Shown here: positions 1 to 10,258 of the stretch, piece by piece
How positions within the stretch are numbered: position 1 is the first letter of the stretch
How the letters are laid out: each line of letters begins with the position of its first letter
From: Dehalococcoidia bacterium
Lineage (GTDB): Bacteria > Chloroflexota > Dehalococcoidia > Bin125
DNA: 64,000 nt
Assembly (NCBI GenBank): GCA_963662615.2
Contig: CAXXSR010000001.1
Location: forward strand, 1,504,001-1,568,000
Direction: 5' to 3'
Program-made: the position numbers and the translations under genes
The notes under the pieces: model-generated
The model's database searches: none
What the model was told of the DNA's origin: nothing
The model's input: only the letters and a program-made list of their open reading frames with translations

Positions 1-109
1 GCCTCCGACAGCAGCCGCCGGCAGCGGCCGCCCTTTCCGGCCGTCGGAGCGGCAGCTACAGTCCAAGCGCGGCGCGGACCCCTTCGTCCGCCGCGCGCGG
101 GAGGCACGC

Positions 110-949
110 GTGGTCATCGCCAGACGGGACCTGACGGCCATCCGCCGGGCCTTCGACCAGCTCTCCGGGCCGGTGAAGATCGATTACTTCCACCAATCGG
201 AGACGGGCCTGGTCATCCCCGGGCGTCGGGCCTGCCCTACCTGCAAAGAGGCCAAGGCGACGCTGGAGCAGATCGCGGCCCTCTCCGACGCCATCGAACT
301 TCGCGTTTACGAATTTGCCGACGAGCAGGACGTGGCCAAGAAACGGGGCGTGGAGCACGTGCCCGGCATCGTCGTGCGAGGCGAAGTGAACCGCCCCCTG
401 CGCCTGTACGGCATGCCCGGCGGCGTCTTCCTCCCGCTGCTGGTCCAAACGATTGTGGACGCCGCCGGCAAACCGCCGCAGCCGCCCGTGGACGTGGCGC
501 GACCGCTCAAGAAGCTCCGCGCGCGCGCCCACCTGCACGTCTTCGGGTCGCTCGCCCAACCGCCCTCAGCGGAGGCGGCGCGCACGGCCTACGGCGTCGC
601 CCTCGTCTCCTCCAAGGTGCAGGTGACGGTCTACGTGATCGAGGAGTTCGCCGAGCTGGCCCGCCGGCAGGGCGTCGAGCGCATCCCCGCCACCTTCGTG
701 AACGACCGGGCCGCGTTTGCCGGCGTCGCGACCGCCGCCACGCTCGTGGGCTTGATTCGCGACCTTCAGGCGCACCCCCGGCAGGTGCGGCTGGCCGCTC
801 CGCCGGTGGCGCCGGGCTCCTCTCAGCCCTGGTCTCCCCCGCGCCAGGAGACCACGCCGGGGGCGGCGCAGGCGGGCGCCGGGCCCGGGCCACCCCAGGC
901 CGGGGGCGGGCGTCGCACGCCGGGCGGCCTTATCATCCCCGAGCGCTAA
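110..949 (+). CDS. Two-domain thioredoxin/glutaredoxin-like protein (protein disulfide oxidoreductase / AhpF-NTD-like)
   Basis: N-terminal CPTC motif, 'GVEHVPGIVV' and 'GVERIPATFVN' cis-Pro loops of two Trx folds, 'YGMPGG' motif; GGAGG upstream of the GTG. The second CxxC appears lost. Confidence 0.75.
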   Translation: MVIARRDLTAIRRAFDQLSGPVKIDYFHQSETGLVIPGRRACPTCKEAKATLEQIAALSDAIELRVYEFADEQDVAKKRGVEHVPGIVVRGEVNRPLRLYGMPGGVFLPLLVQTIVDAAGKPPQPPVDVARPLKKLRARAHLHVFGSLAQPPSAEAARTAYGVALVSSKVQVTVYVIEEFAELARRQGVERIPATFVNDRAAFAGVATAATLVGLIRDLQAHPRQVRLAAPPVAPGSSQPWSPPRQETTPGAAQAGAGPGPPQAGGGRRTPGGLIIPER

Positions 950-983
950 GAGCGGACCAGAATCAATGGGGGCGTCAAACGGT

Positions 984-2771
984 CTAGCGGTCGGCCTCGT
1001 CTGATTCGCGGCCGCGCCATCCTGCCCAGGTATCGCCCTCGCTATCGCCGGCCTCTTCGGACGCTGGCGGCTCCGCTGCAACGTGCGGTTCGGCCGCCCC
1101 TGGCGCCGCGGGCGGCGGCGGCGTGGCAGCCGGGGTGACAGCCGGCTCCGACGTTGACAGCTCGACGGCGGGTGGCGAATCCGGCGGCGCCCACTCTCTG
1201 TCGCGCGGAGGCGCGGCCTCCTCGGGCCCCGCCTCCACCGCGGCCGGCTGAGCCGGACGCCCGCCCAGCATCAGCCAGAACAGCGCCACGCTGAGCAGCA
1301 GCATCCCCCCGCCCAGGCCGGTCGCGACCTCATCCCAGGGGAAGTCGGCGCCGCCGCCGAACGATGGAGCCGCCCGGCGGCTCGCCCGCCGACGCTCGAT
1401 CTCCGCCCGCCGCGCCTCGATCTGCTCATCGCTACGCGCCGCCGCTGTGGCCGTTTCCTCCTCGGCCGGTGTGCCGGCTTCATCCTCAACCGGCGCTGCG
1501 GCCTCATCCTCGGCCGGCGCTGTGGCGGGCGTCGCCGGCTCCTCGGCGGTCTCGGTATCACCACCGGGCCGGACGCCGCTCTCGTCGTCCTCAATCCGCG
1601 TCGAACGGTCCTCGCCCCGCACGCGCGCCTCCAGCCCCAGGCTCTGGCGGTAGCGGTCGTCAAGCCCGTCCCGGTCGAACCCGTAGACGCTCTGCAGCGC
1701 GTTGTCCACGGTGCTGCCGCGCTTGAACACCGCGAACAGCTCTGCAAGTTGCTCCTCACCGAACTGGTCGATGAGGAAAGTCACCAGGTCCGCCGACTGG
1801 CCGTAGAACAGGTCGACCTCCCCGGGCTCGTTCGATGTCGAGCCCATGCTGCGCACGCTCAAGAGCAAGTCGTTCTCAACGGCGAAGTCCACGGGCCGGC
1901 CGCGCCGGCTGCGCCAATCGCCCTCGGCGTACGTGGCGACGCCCTCGTTGAGCCAGGCCGGAATGCTGCCCAGCCCGCCCTCCCCGGCGATTTTCGTCAG
2001 CACATGGGTGAGTTCGTGTTGCACGATCCAGCGCGTCGGCGCAAAGACGTGGAGCAGATCGGCCAGGACACGCGTCCCGCCCGTCAGCACCTGCTCATCG
2101 AACGTCTCACTCTGCACGTTCTCGACACCGCGCGCATCGCCGGGGTTCGACCACACGTAGACGCGCACGGGAATGTCAAGCTCAACCTGGAGCAGTTCGC
2201 TGATCCGCGCCATCGCCTCGTTGCCGGCCCCAAGGAGCTGGAGCGCGGTGCTCTCGTCTTGGTAGTAGAAGACGGAAAGATTGCCCTCTCGGACCTCTCG
2301 CCAGTCGTGCGGATCCTCATAGCGGTAAAGCTGGAGATCCGTCTCCTCCACGCCGCCATCGACAGCCGTCAGCTCCCAGTACCACTCGATCTCGGCTCCC
2401 GCCGGGATCCAGATCCGATCGCGATTGGTCGGCACCGACGCCGTCACGCGCGTGACGTCCCCCCGCGCGATCTCGGCCGGCCGCCGCGTCAGCGCCCCCT
2501 CCGGCAGCACGGTGTAGAAAAGGATCGCCTCGCTGAGCGCGTCGCCGTTGTCAACCAGGGCGCTGAAGTCCAGTTCGCGGGGCCACTCATTGACGATCTG
2601 GGTCTCAACGATGCTGGGGCCCTGCTGGGCGGAGGCCGCCGTCATCAGTAGCGCCGACAGGGCCAGAGCCGCCAGCACTATGATCGCCAGCGGAAACAGC
2701 GCCAGCGGCAGCAGCGCACGCCTGCGATTTGTCGGCGAACGGACGCCCACGGCCTCGATTCCCTCGCCCAC
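984..2771 (-). CDS. Membrane-anchored peptidase MA (gluzincin) family metallopeptidase
   Basis: N-terminal signal/TM segment, HELTH zinc motif followed by 'PAWLNEGVATY', acidic Ala/Pro-rich linker and a C-terminal TM helix. Confidence 0.8.
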   Translation of the reverse strand: MGEGIEAVGVRSPTNRRRALLPLALFPLAIIVLAALALSALLMTAASAQQGPSIVETQIVNEWPRELDFSALVDNGDALSEAILFYTVLPEGALTRRPAEIARGDVTRVTASVPTNRDRIWIPAGAEIEWYWELTAVDGGVEETDLQLYRYEDPHDWREVREGNLSVFYYQDESTALQLLGAGNEAMARISELLQVELDIPVRVYVWSNPGDARGVENVQSETFDEQVLTGGTRVLADLLHVFAPTRWIVQHELTHVLTKIAGEGGLGSIPAWLNEGVATYAEGDWRSRRGRPVDFAVENDLLLSVRSMGSTSNEPGEVDLFYGQSADLVTFLIDQFGEEQLAELFAVFKRGSTVDNALQSVYGFDRDGLDDRYRQSLGLEARVRGEDRSTRIEDDESGVRPGGDTETAEEPATPATAPAEDEAAAPVEDEAGTPAEEETATAAARSDEQIEARRAEIERRRASRRAAPSFGGGADFPWDEVATGLGGGMLLLSVALFWLMLGGRPAQPAAVEAGPEEAAPPRDREWAPPDSPPAVELSTSEPAVTPAATPPPPAAPGAAEPHVAAEPPASEEAGDSEGDTWAGWRGRESDEADR

Positions 2772-2788
2772 GCCCCGCAGGCACCGGC

Positions 2789-3908
2789 CTACGGCGCGCC
2801 CCCGTCGTCCCGCGCCCCGATCTGCGACTTGAGATACGCCGACACGATTGCGTCCAGATCTCCGTCCAGAAGCCCGTCCGGATCGCTCGACTCGTAGCCG
2901 CTGCGCAGGTCCTTCACCATCTTATAGGGCTGCAGGACGTAGGAGCGGATCTGGTTGCCCCAGCCCGCCTCCACGTGCTCCCCCCGCAGACGGGCTCTCT
3001 CCTCCGCCACCCGCGCAACCTCGCGCTGCAGCAGCCGCGACTCCAGCACGCGCAGCGCGCTCTCCCGGTTGCGGTGTAGCGACCGCTCGTTCTGGCAGGA
3101 GACCACAAGGCCGCTGGGGCCATGCGTGATTCGCACCGCCGTCGCGTTCTTTTGCACGTGCTGCCCGCCGTGACCGCTGGCGTGGAAGACGTCAATGCGC
3201 AGATCGTCCGGGTCAATCTCCACCTCCTTTGCGTCCTCCACCTCCGGCAGCACCTCCACCAGCGCGAACGAGGTGTGGCGGGCGTGGGCCGCGTCGAACG
3301 GGGAGATGCGCACCAGCCGGTGCACGCCGGCCTCGCCGCGCAACCAGCCATACGCGTACGGGCCCTTCACCTCAATCGTGGCGCTCTTGACCCCCGCCTC
3401 TTCGCCCCAGCTCTGGTCCACCACGCTGACGTCGAAGTCGCGCCGCTCCAACCAGCGCAGATACATGCGCTGCAGCATCTCCGCCCAGTCTTGGGACTCG
3501 GTCCCGCCCGCGCCCGCATGCAGGTCCAGGATGGCATTGCGCGCGTCGTAGGAGCCGGTGAAGGACAGCTCGAACTCCATCTGGCCCAGCGCCGCCTCCA
3601 TCGCCACGGCCTCCGCCTCCACCTCCGACGCCACGGCCGCGTCCTCCTCAGCGGCCGCCAACGCCAGCAGGTCGGCGGCCTCGGTGAGGCGGCGCTCCAG
3701 CCCGCGCCAGCTCTCCACCAGCCGCTTGCGATCGGCCAGGCGCTGCATCTGCGCCCGCGCGTTCTCGGGCGCATCCCAGAAGGCGGGTGCGCTGGCCTCC
3801 CGCTCCAACCGTGCCACCTCCGCTTCTACGGCGGGAAGGTCAAAGGCGCTCCAGGACGCCGGCCACGCGGCCTTGCAGACCGGCCAGCCGCTCACGAAGC
3901 TCCTCCAC
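2789..3908 (-). CDS. prfB: Peptide chain release factor 2, made by programmed +1 ribosomal frameshift
   Basis: SD AAGGAGG (3914-3920), GTG at 3908, 22 codons, then CTT-TGA-C (3845-3839) with an internal GGAG 3 nt upstream. The +1 frame contains the SPF specificity motif and GGQ. Confidence 0.97.
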
Positions 3909-4016
3909 CGGGGCCTCCTTCCCGCGCGCGTCGTTTGCCGACCCGCTCTCGCGCACACCGGCAAGATCGGACCGCGCAATCGCCATAGTGCAGTCTACTG
4001 AGCGGCGTGGCGACGC

Positions 4017-4913
4017 CTAGCGTCGCCGATACTGCCGCGCCGACCGCACCACGTTGGCCAGCAGCATCGCCACCGTCATGGGGCCCACCCCGCCCGGCAC
4101 CGGCGTAATGAACGACGCCTTCTCCTGCACCGCCTCAAAGTCCACGTCACCCACCAGCCGATAGCCCCGCTTCCGTGAGGCATCGTCGACGCGGTTCACG
4201 CCCACGTCGATCACTACAACTCCCGCCCGGACCATGTCGGTGCTGATCATCTTGGGCCGCCCGGCGGCGGCCACAAGGATATCCGCCTCGCGCGTCACGG
4301 CTCCCAGGTCGGGCGTGGCCGTGTGGCAGACCGTGACGGTCGCGTTTGCGCCGGCGCGCTTCTGCATCAACATTGCCGCCAGCGGCATCCCCACCAGCGT
4401 CGATCGGCCCACAACGACGACACGCTTGTGGCCGGGATCGTTGCCGCTGCGGATGAGCAGCTGCTGCACGCCATGCGGGGTCGCGGGCAGGTAGCGCGGC
4501 CGCCCGCGGAGCAGGCGCCCCTGATTTTCCGGATGCAACCCGTCCACGTCCTTCAGCGGGTCAATCCGCTCCAGCAGCGACTCCGCATCCACACCGTCTG
4601 GCAGCGGCAGTTGCAGGATCATCCCGTCCACATCGCGGTCGCCGTTCAAGCGGTCGATCAGCGCCCCGATCTCCTCAGTGATCTGGGCGGGATCACCGCT
4701 CCCGGGAAGACGCTGGATGTCGGCCGCAATGCCGGTCTCCTCGGCGGCGGCGCCTTTGGCCTTGACGTATGACGCCGACGCGGGATCCTCCCCCACCAGG
4801 ACCACGGCCAGCCGGGGAACGATCCCCTCCCCCTTGAGCCGCTCCGTCTGCTTTCGCAGCTCCACACGAATGCCGCCGGCCACGGCGCTACCGTCGATGA
4901 TCTGCGCGGGCAT
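4017..4913 (-). CDS. folD: Bifunctional methylene-THF dehydrogenase/cyclohydrolase
   Basis: 'LAVVLVGEDPASASYVKAK', 'KDVDGLHP', 'ITPVPGGVGPMT'. Confidence 0.97.
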   Translation of the reverse strand: MPAQIIDGSAVAGGIRVELRKQTERLKGEGIVPRLAVVLVGEDPASASYVKAKGAAAEETGIAADIQRLPGSGDPAQITEEIGALIDRLNGDRDVDGMILQLPLPDGVDAESLLERIDPLKDVDGLHPENQGRLLRGRPRYLPATPHGVQQLLIRSGNDPGHKRVVVVGRSTLVGMPLAAMLMQKRAGANATVTVCHTATPDLGAVTREADILVAAAGRPKMISTDMVRAGVVVIDVGVNRVDDASRKRGYRLVGDVDFEAVQEKASFITPVPGGVGPMTVAMLLANVVRSARQYRRR

Positions 4914-4998
4914 GAGGGCATCCTAGGCGGCGCCGACTACAGCCACAATCGCGCCGCCGCTGCGGGACGCCTGGGGCCGCGTGATAGAATCCCCGCCA

Positions 4999-5382
4999 AT
5001 GAGCGCCTACGGCACCGGCGTCGATCTGATTGAAATCGCTCGTATTCGTGCCGTCTTGGAGAGACGCGGCAGCCGTTTCCTCAATCGCATCTATACCCAA
5101 CGCGAACGGGACTATTGCGGCGGCCGCGTGGCCGAGCTGGCCGTACGCTTCGCGGCCAAGGAGGCCGTGATGAAGGCGCTGGGCACCGGCATGCGGGGCA
5201 TCGCCTGGCGCGAGATCGAGATCCTGGCCAACGCCCGCGGCAAGCCGGTGGTCCTGCTGCATGGCCGGGCACGGGCGCGCGCCAACCGGACCGGCCTCTG
5301 CGACATTGACATCAGCCTGACGCACGCGCGCGAACTCGCCTGCGCCTTCGTGGTTGGCGGCCCCGGGATCGCAACGGCATGA
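4999..5382 (+). CDS. acpS: Holo-[acyl-carrier-protein] synthase
   Basis: 'GVDLIEIARI', 'RFAAKEAVMKALGTG', 'ISLTH'. ATG at 4999; a GTG at 4981 is also possible. Confidence 0.95.
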   Translation: MSAYGTGVDLIEIARIRAVLERRGSRFLNRIYTQRERDYCGGRVAELAVRFAAKEAVMKALGTGMRGIAWREIEILANARGKPVVLLHGRARARANRTGLCDIDISLTHARELACAFVVGGPGIATA

Positions 5383-7100
5383 AGGTCGTGACCAGCCGCC
5401 AAATGCGCACTCTGGACGAACGCGCGGCCGAGGCCGGCGTGCCTCAGGAAACCCTGATGGAGAACGCCGGGCTGGCAGTGGCGCAGGAGGCCTGGATGCA
5501 GCTCGGCCAGTTGCAGGGGCAGCGCATCCTGGTCCTGGTGGGGCCCGGCAACAACGGCGGCGACGGGCTCGTGGCCGCCCGCCACCTGGCCGAGTGGGGC
5601 GCCGGCGTCGATTGCTACGCGCTGACTCCGCGCGACGACTCGCAATGGCGGCAGACCCTGGAGGCGGGCGTTCCCTGCCGCTCGGTCGCCGCCGACCCGC
5701 AATTCGCCGTCCTAGACGACCTCCTCGCCGGCGCCGCGCTCGTTGTCGAGGCGCTGCTGGGCACGGGCCGCGCCCGCCCCATTGCCGGCGACTTGGCCGA
5801 GATCCTCAAGCGCCTGGGCAGGCGCCGCAGCGTCGCGCCCCGTCCCAAGCTGGTCGCGGTCGACCTTCCCACCGGCCTTGACGCCGACAACGGCGGCGTC
5901 GACCCCCTGCTCGTCGCTCCGGATGAGACGGTCACCTTCCAGTTCCCGAAGGTGGGCCTCTACACGCAACCGGGCACCGGAGTGGCCGGGCGCGTGCAGA
6001 CGGTGGACATTGGCATCCCCGCCGGCCTGGACCACGACATGCGAGTGGAGCTGCTGGACCGGCGCCAGGCCAAGGAGTTGCTGCCCGCCAGGCCGGCCGG
6101 GGCGAACAAGGGCACGTTCGGCAAGCTGCTGGTGATCGCCGGCTCCTTGCGCTATCCCGGAGCCGCCGTCCTGGCCGCTTCCGCCGCCTACAAAGCGGGC
6201 GCCGGGCTCGTCACGCTCGCCGCCCCCGCCTCGGTCGCTCCCGCTCTCGTCGCCGCCATGCCGGAGGTCACCCACCTGCCGTTACCCGACGGCAATACGC
6301 CCGGTACCCTCGACGCCGGCGCCGTCGCGGTACTCAGCACGCCACTCGGCAGTTATGACGCCTTGGTCGTTGGCTGCGGACTGGGCAGCGCGCCGGCCAC
6401 GACCGCCTTCATCCGCCAGCTGCTCCGCAACGATGCCCTCGCCGGCCTGCACGGAATCGTGATCGACGCAGATGGCCTCAACGCCCTCGCCGGCAGCGAC
6501 TGGCACGCACATCTTTCCGCGCCGTTCGTGCTGACCCCCCATCCCGGCGAGATGGCGCGCCTAGTCGACCTCGACGTTGCCGCGGTGCAGAGCGATCGCC
6601 TGGCCCTGGCGCAGGCGCGCGCGACGGCGTGGGGCGGCACGGTCGTCCTGAAGGGGGCCAACACGGTGGTGGCCGCCCCCGACGGCCGCGCCCGGCTCAG
6701 CCCGGTCGCCACGGCGGCGCTGGCGACCGCCGGCACCGGCGACGTCCTGGCGGGGGCCATCGGCGCGCTGGTGGCGCAGGGCCTGGCCCCGTTCGAGGCG
6801 GCCTGCCTGGCCGTCTACCTCCACGGCGACGCCGGGGAACGTGCGGCCAAGGCCGTCGGCGCCGCCGGGACCACCGCCGGCGACGTGCTCACCCACCTGG
6901 CGCTGGCGGGTCGGGCCCTCGCTGGAGAGGAGCCCCTGGAAGGCATCGGTTTCGCGGCCGGCCTGCGCGCGAGACTGGGACGGCAGCCCGGTGGCGATGC
7001 CCTCGCGGACAGCCCCACGAATCCGCACGGCGCCGGCGATCCGCTCGCCGACGCCCTGGCGGATTCGCCGGGGCGGGCCGGCGGCGCCCGGCTCCAGTGA
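5379..7100 (+). CDS. nnr: Bifunctional NAD(P)H-hydrate epimerase/dehydratase (YjeF)
   Basis: 'LMENAG', 'GPGNNGGDG', 'NKGTFG', 'LTPHPGE', 'LATAGTGDVLAG'. ATGA overlap with acpS. Confidence 0.95.
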   Translation: MKVVTSRQMRTLDERAAEAGVPQETLMENAGLAVAQEAWMQLGQLQGQRILVLVGPGNNGGDGLVAARHLAEWGAGVDCYALTPRDDSQWRQTLEAGVPCRSVAADPQFAVLDDLLAGAALVVEALLGTGRARPIAGDLAEILKRLGRRRSVAPRPKLVAVDLPTGLDADNGGVDPLLVAPDETVTFQFPKVGLYTQPGTGVAGRVQTVDIGIPAGLDHDMRVELLDRRQAKELLPARPAGANKGTFGKLLVIAGSLRYPGAAVLAASAAYKAGAGLVTLAAPASVAPALVAAMPEVTHLPLPDGNTPGTLDAGAVAVLSTPLGSYDALVVGCGLGSAPATTAFIRQLLRNDALAGLHGIVIDADGLNALAGSDWHAHLSAPFVLTPHPGEMARLVDLDVAAVQSDRLALAQARATAWGGTVVLKGANTVVAAPDGRARLSPVATAALATAGTGDVLAGAIGALVAQGLAPFEAACLAVYLHGDAGERAAKAVGAAGTTAGDVLTHLALAGRALAGEEPLEGIGFAAGLRARLGRQPGGDALADSPTNPHGAGDPLADALADSPGRAGGARLQ

Positions 7101-7152
7101 GGGCAACGACGACAGCTATACTCGCCACAGCGCGGCCGGGGATCAGAGACGG

Positions 7153-8406
7153 ATGAGCAAGACCGACGGCGATCGCGTAGTTGTGACCGGCATGGGAGCG
7201 GTCACCCCCCTGGGGCTGACCGTTGCCGACTTCTGGGACGGCCTGCTCGAGGGACGCAGCGGCATCGGTCCGATCACGCTGTTCGACCCCTCGCATCTCC
7301 GCGTGCGGATCGCCGGCGAGGCGCCCGGCTTCGACGCTGCGCAGTACGTGGGCCGCAAGCAAGCGCGCCGCATGGACCGCTTCAGCCAGTTCGCCGTCGT
7401 GGCGGCCATGGAAGCGGTCGCCGACGCCGAACTCATCATCACCGACCAGAACTCGCATCGGACCGGCGTCATGATCGGTTCCGGCATCGGCGGCATCACG
7501 ACCTTGAACCAGCAGTTTGAGGTGATGCACCGGCGCGGCCCGGACCGCTTGAGCCCGTTCGTCGTGCCCATGCTGCTGCCCAATATGGCCAGCGGGCACG
7601 TCAGCATCGCGCTGCAGGCCCGCGGGCCCAACGTGGCGCCTACCTCGGCCTGCTCCAGCGCCGGCGATGCGATCGGCCTGGCGGCGGCGCTGCTGCGCAC
7701 CGGCGAAGCGGACGTGATGATCGCCGGCGGCAGCGAAGCCCCTGTGGCCGAGATGTCAGTCGCCGGCTTCCACGCCGCGCGCGCCCTCTCGACGCACAAT
7801 GACGAGCCGGAGAAGGCCTCCCGCCCCTTCGACTTGCAGCGCGACGGCTTCGTCATGGGCGAAGGTGGCGGCGTCCTCATTCTGGAGCGCGCCGACCACG
7901 CCCTGCGACGCGACGTCCCCGTCCTGGCGGAGGTGGTGGGCTACGCCAGCAGGGCGGATGCCTATCACGTCACCCAACCCAGCGAGGACGGCGAGGGCGC
8001 CGCCCGCGCCATGGCCGCCGCCGTTGAACAAGCGCGGATCGACCTCAGCGAAGTGGACTACATCAACGCGCACGGCACCTCCACCGCCATCAACGACCGC
8101 GTGGAGACCGTGGCCATCAAGCGCGTCTTTGGCGAGGCGGCCTACGACATCGCCATCTCCTCCACGAAGTCCATGACGGGCCACCTGATGGGCGCTGCCG
8201 GAGGGATTGAGGCGGTGGCCTGCATCCGCGCCATCAACGAAGGGATCATTCCTCCCACCATCAACCTGGCCTCGCCCGATCCGGCCTGCGACTTGGACTA
8301 CGTGCCCAATCGCCCGCGCCGCCGCGACGTGCGCGTTGCGCTCAGCAACTGTCTGGGCTTCGGCGGCCACAACGTCTGCCTGGCGTTCAAACAGTGGGAG
8401 CCCTAG
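7153..8406 (+). CDS. fabF: Beta-ketoacyl-ACP synthase II
   Basis: 'RVVVTGMGAVTPLG', 'SACSS' catalytic Cys, 'INAHGTST', 'KSMTGHLMGAAG', 'GFGGHN'. Confidence 0.95.
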   Translation: MSKTDGDRVVVTGMGAVTPLGLTVADFWDGLLEGRSGIGPITLFDPSHLRVRIAGEAPGFDAAQYVGRKQARRMDRFSQFAVVAAMEAVADAELIITDQNSHRTGVMIGSGIGGITTLNQQFEVMHRRGPDRLSPFVVPMLLPNMASGHVSIALQARGPNVAPTSACSSAGDAIGLAAALLRTGEADVMIAGGSEAPVAEMSVAGFHAARALSTHNDEPEKASRPFDLQRDGFVMGEGGGVLILERADHALRRDVPVLAEVVGYASRADAYHVTQPSEDGEGAARAMAAAVEQARIDLSEVDYINAHGTSTAINDRVETVAIKRVFGEAAYDIAISSTKSMTGHLMGAAGGIEAVACIRAINEGIIPPTINLASPDPACDLDYVPNRPRRRDVRVALSNCLGFGGHNVCLAFKQWEP

Positions 8407-8412
8407 ACCGGG

Positions 8413-10122
8413 GTGCCGCGTCTCCGCTCTGACGGGTTCCTGGGGCGGGTCTGGGTCATTGCAGAGCCGAACGAGCTGCGGCCCATCCCCGGCACGCCCT
8501 ACCCGGACTTCGTGACCAAGCTCCTTCACCGCCGCGGCACGCGCGACGCCGCGGCCGCGGCGGTGTATCTCTTCGACGCCCCGCCCCCGCGGCCGGATCC
8601 GCTCTTGCTCCCCAACGCGGCCGCTGCCCTGGACCGCATTGAGGCGGCCGTCAAGGGAGAGGAAACCATCGCCGTGTACGGCGACTTCGACGTGGACGGC
8701 GTGACGGCGGCGGCGATCCTGACGGAGGCGATCCGCAGCGTGGGCGGGCGGGTGATCCCCTACATCCCAGACCGCTTCCGTGAGGGCTACGGCGTCCACA
8801 AGGCCGCGCTCGACCGGCTGCGGCGTGAGCATGGGGCGCGCCTGGTCATCACCGCCGACTGCGGGATTACCGCCGTTAAGGAGGTGCGGTACGCACGCGA
8901 GCTGGGTCAGGACGTCATCATCCTGGACCACCACAGCGTCCCCGACCGCCTGCCGGAGGCGCACGCGATCATCAACCCCCAGCTCCCCTCCTCTCCCTAC
9001 CCGTTCTCGGAACTTTCCAGTGGTGGCATCGCCTACCGCCTGGCCCCCGCGATCCTCGATCGCTTCGGTCGCGCGGCGGACCCGGAGCAGTGGCTCGACC
9101 TCGCCGCCCTGAGCACGGTCGCGGACGTGGTGCCGTTGCGGGGCGAGAACCGCTGGATCGTCCGCGAGGGACTCCAGGCGATCCGCCGCACGGAACGTCC
9201 GGGCCTGCGGGCGCTGCTGGACGTCGCCGGGCTTGGGGACGCGGAGCTGGACGCGGACAGCATTGGCTTCGCCCTCGCGCCCCGCATCAACGCCGCCGGC
9301 CGACTGGACCACGCGCTGCGGGCGCTGGGCCTGCTCATTGAGACGGAGCCGGAGCGGGCCCAAGAGCAAGCCCTGGAGCTGGACCAGCTCAACGTCCGCC
9401 GCCGCCAGATGACCCTGGACGCCATGAACCTGGCGGAGGCGAAGCTGAGCCAGGAAGAGCCGGACGCTCCACTGACCTTCCTCGGTGACGCGGCTATCCC
9501 CAGCGGCATCCTGGGCCTGGTGGCCGGTCGCTTAGCGGAGCGGCGGCACCGGCCGGCCATCGTCTACCAGGAGGGATCGCCGTCATCGCAGGCCTCCTGC
9601 CGGTCCATTCGCGAATTCAACGTGGCGGCGGCGCTGCGCAGCTGCTCCGACCTTCTGCTCAGGCATGGCGGCCACGCCATGGCCGCCGGGTTCACGGCGC
9701 ACACGGCGGACCTCCCTGCGCTCAAAGCGCGGCTCGTTGCTCTCGCAGCCGAGCAGCTTGACGGCGTCAGCTTGAGCCCGCGCATCGACGTGGACGCGCA
9801 GACCCCGCTTGACCGCCTGCAGGCGACGCAAGTGAGCTGGCTCGATCGGCTGGCGCCGTTCGGCGCGGGCAATCCGGCCCCAACCTTCCTCAGCACCAAC
9901 GTCACCGTCCTGGAGAGCCGCCGCGTCGGGGCCGACCAATCGCACCTGCGGCTCACACTCCGCGCCGGTGAGCGCACCTGGCCCGCGATCGGCTTCGGTC
10001 TGGGCGAGGCGCCCTGTGCGCGCGGCGACCACGTCGATCTGGTCTGGCGCCTCAAGCGCGACGGCCTGCGCGGCACCATGGAGCTGGAGGTGCAGGACCT
10101 CGCCCCAACGCGCGCCGGCTGA
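8413..10122 (+). CDS. recJ: Single-stranded-DNA-specific exonuclease RecJ
   Basis: 'YGDFDVDG', 'ITADCG', 'LDHH', 'PRINAAGRL', 'GGHAMAAG'. Confidence 0.95.
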   Translation: MPRLRSDGFLGRVWVIAEPNELRPIPGTPYPDFVTKLLHRRGTRDAAAAAVYLFDAPPPRPDPLLLPNAAAALDRIEAAVKGEETIAVYGDFDVDGVTAAAILTEAIRSVGGRVIPYIPDRFREGYGVHKAALDRLRREHGARLVITADCGITAVKEVRYARELGQDVIILDHHSVPDRLPEAHAIINPQLPSSPYPFSELSSGGIAYRLAPAILDRFGRAADPEQWLDLAALSTVADVVPLRGENRWIVREGLQAIRRTERPGLRALLDVAGLGDAELDADSIGFALAPRINAAGRLDHALRALGLLIETEPERAQEQALELDQLNVRRRQMTLDAMNLAEAKLSQEEPDAPLTFLGDAAIPSGILGLVAGRLAERRHRPAIVYQEGSPSSQASCRSIREFNVAAALRSCSDLLLRHGGHAMAAGFTAHTADLPALKARLVALAAEQLDGVSLSPRIDVDAQTPLDRLQATQVSWLDRLAPFGAGNPAPTFLSTNVTVLESRRVGADQSHLRLTLRAGERTWPAIGFGLGEAPCARGDHVDLVWRLKRDGLRGTMELEVQDLAPTRAG

Positions 10123-10258
10123 ACCGCCCCCAGCCTCCCACCCCGCACCGCTTCGCCCTCTCGGCGCAGCCGCCCGCGGGCGCGTCCGCTCGCTTCGCTG
10201 TCGCGCCTGCAACCGTTTCGTCTACACTGGCGCCGCAAATCCCCGGGAGGACAGTGGC

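Noticed and set aside
3909-3979. N-terminal extension of prfB given by the ORF track
   Set aside because: An artefact of the open +1 frame; the SD, GTG and frameshift signal define the real start at 3908.
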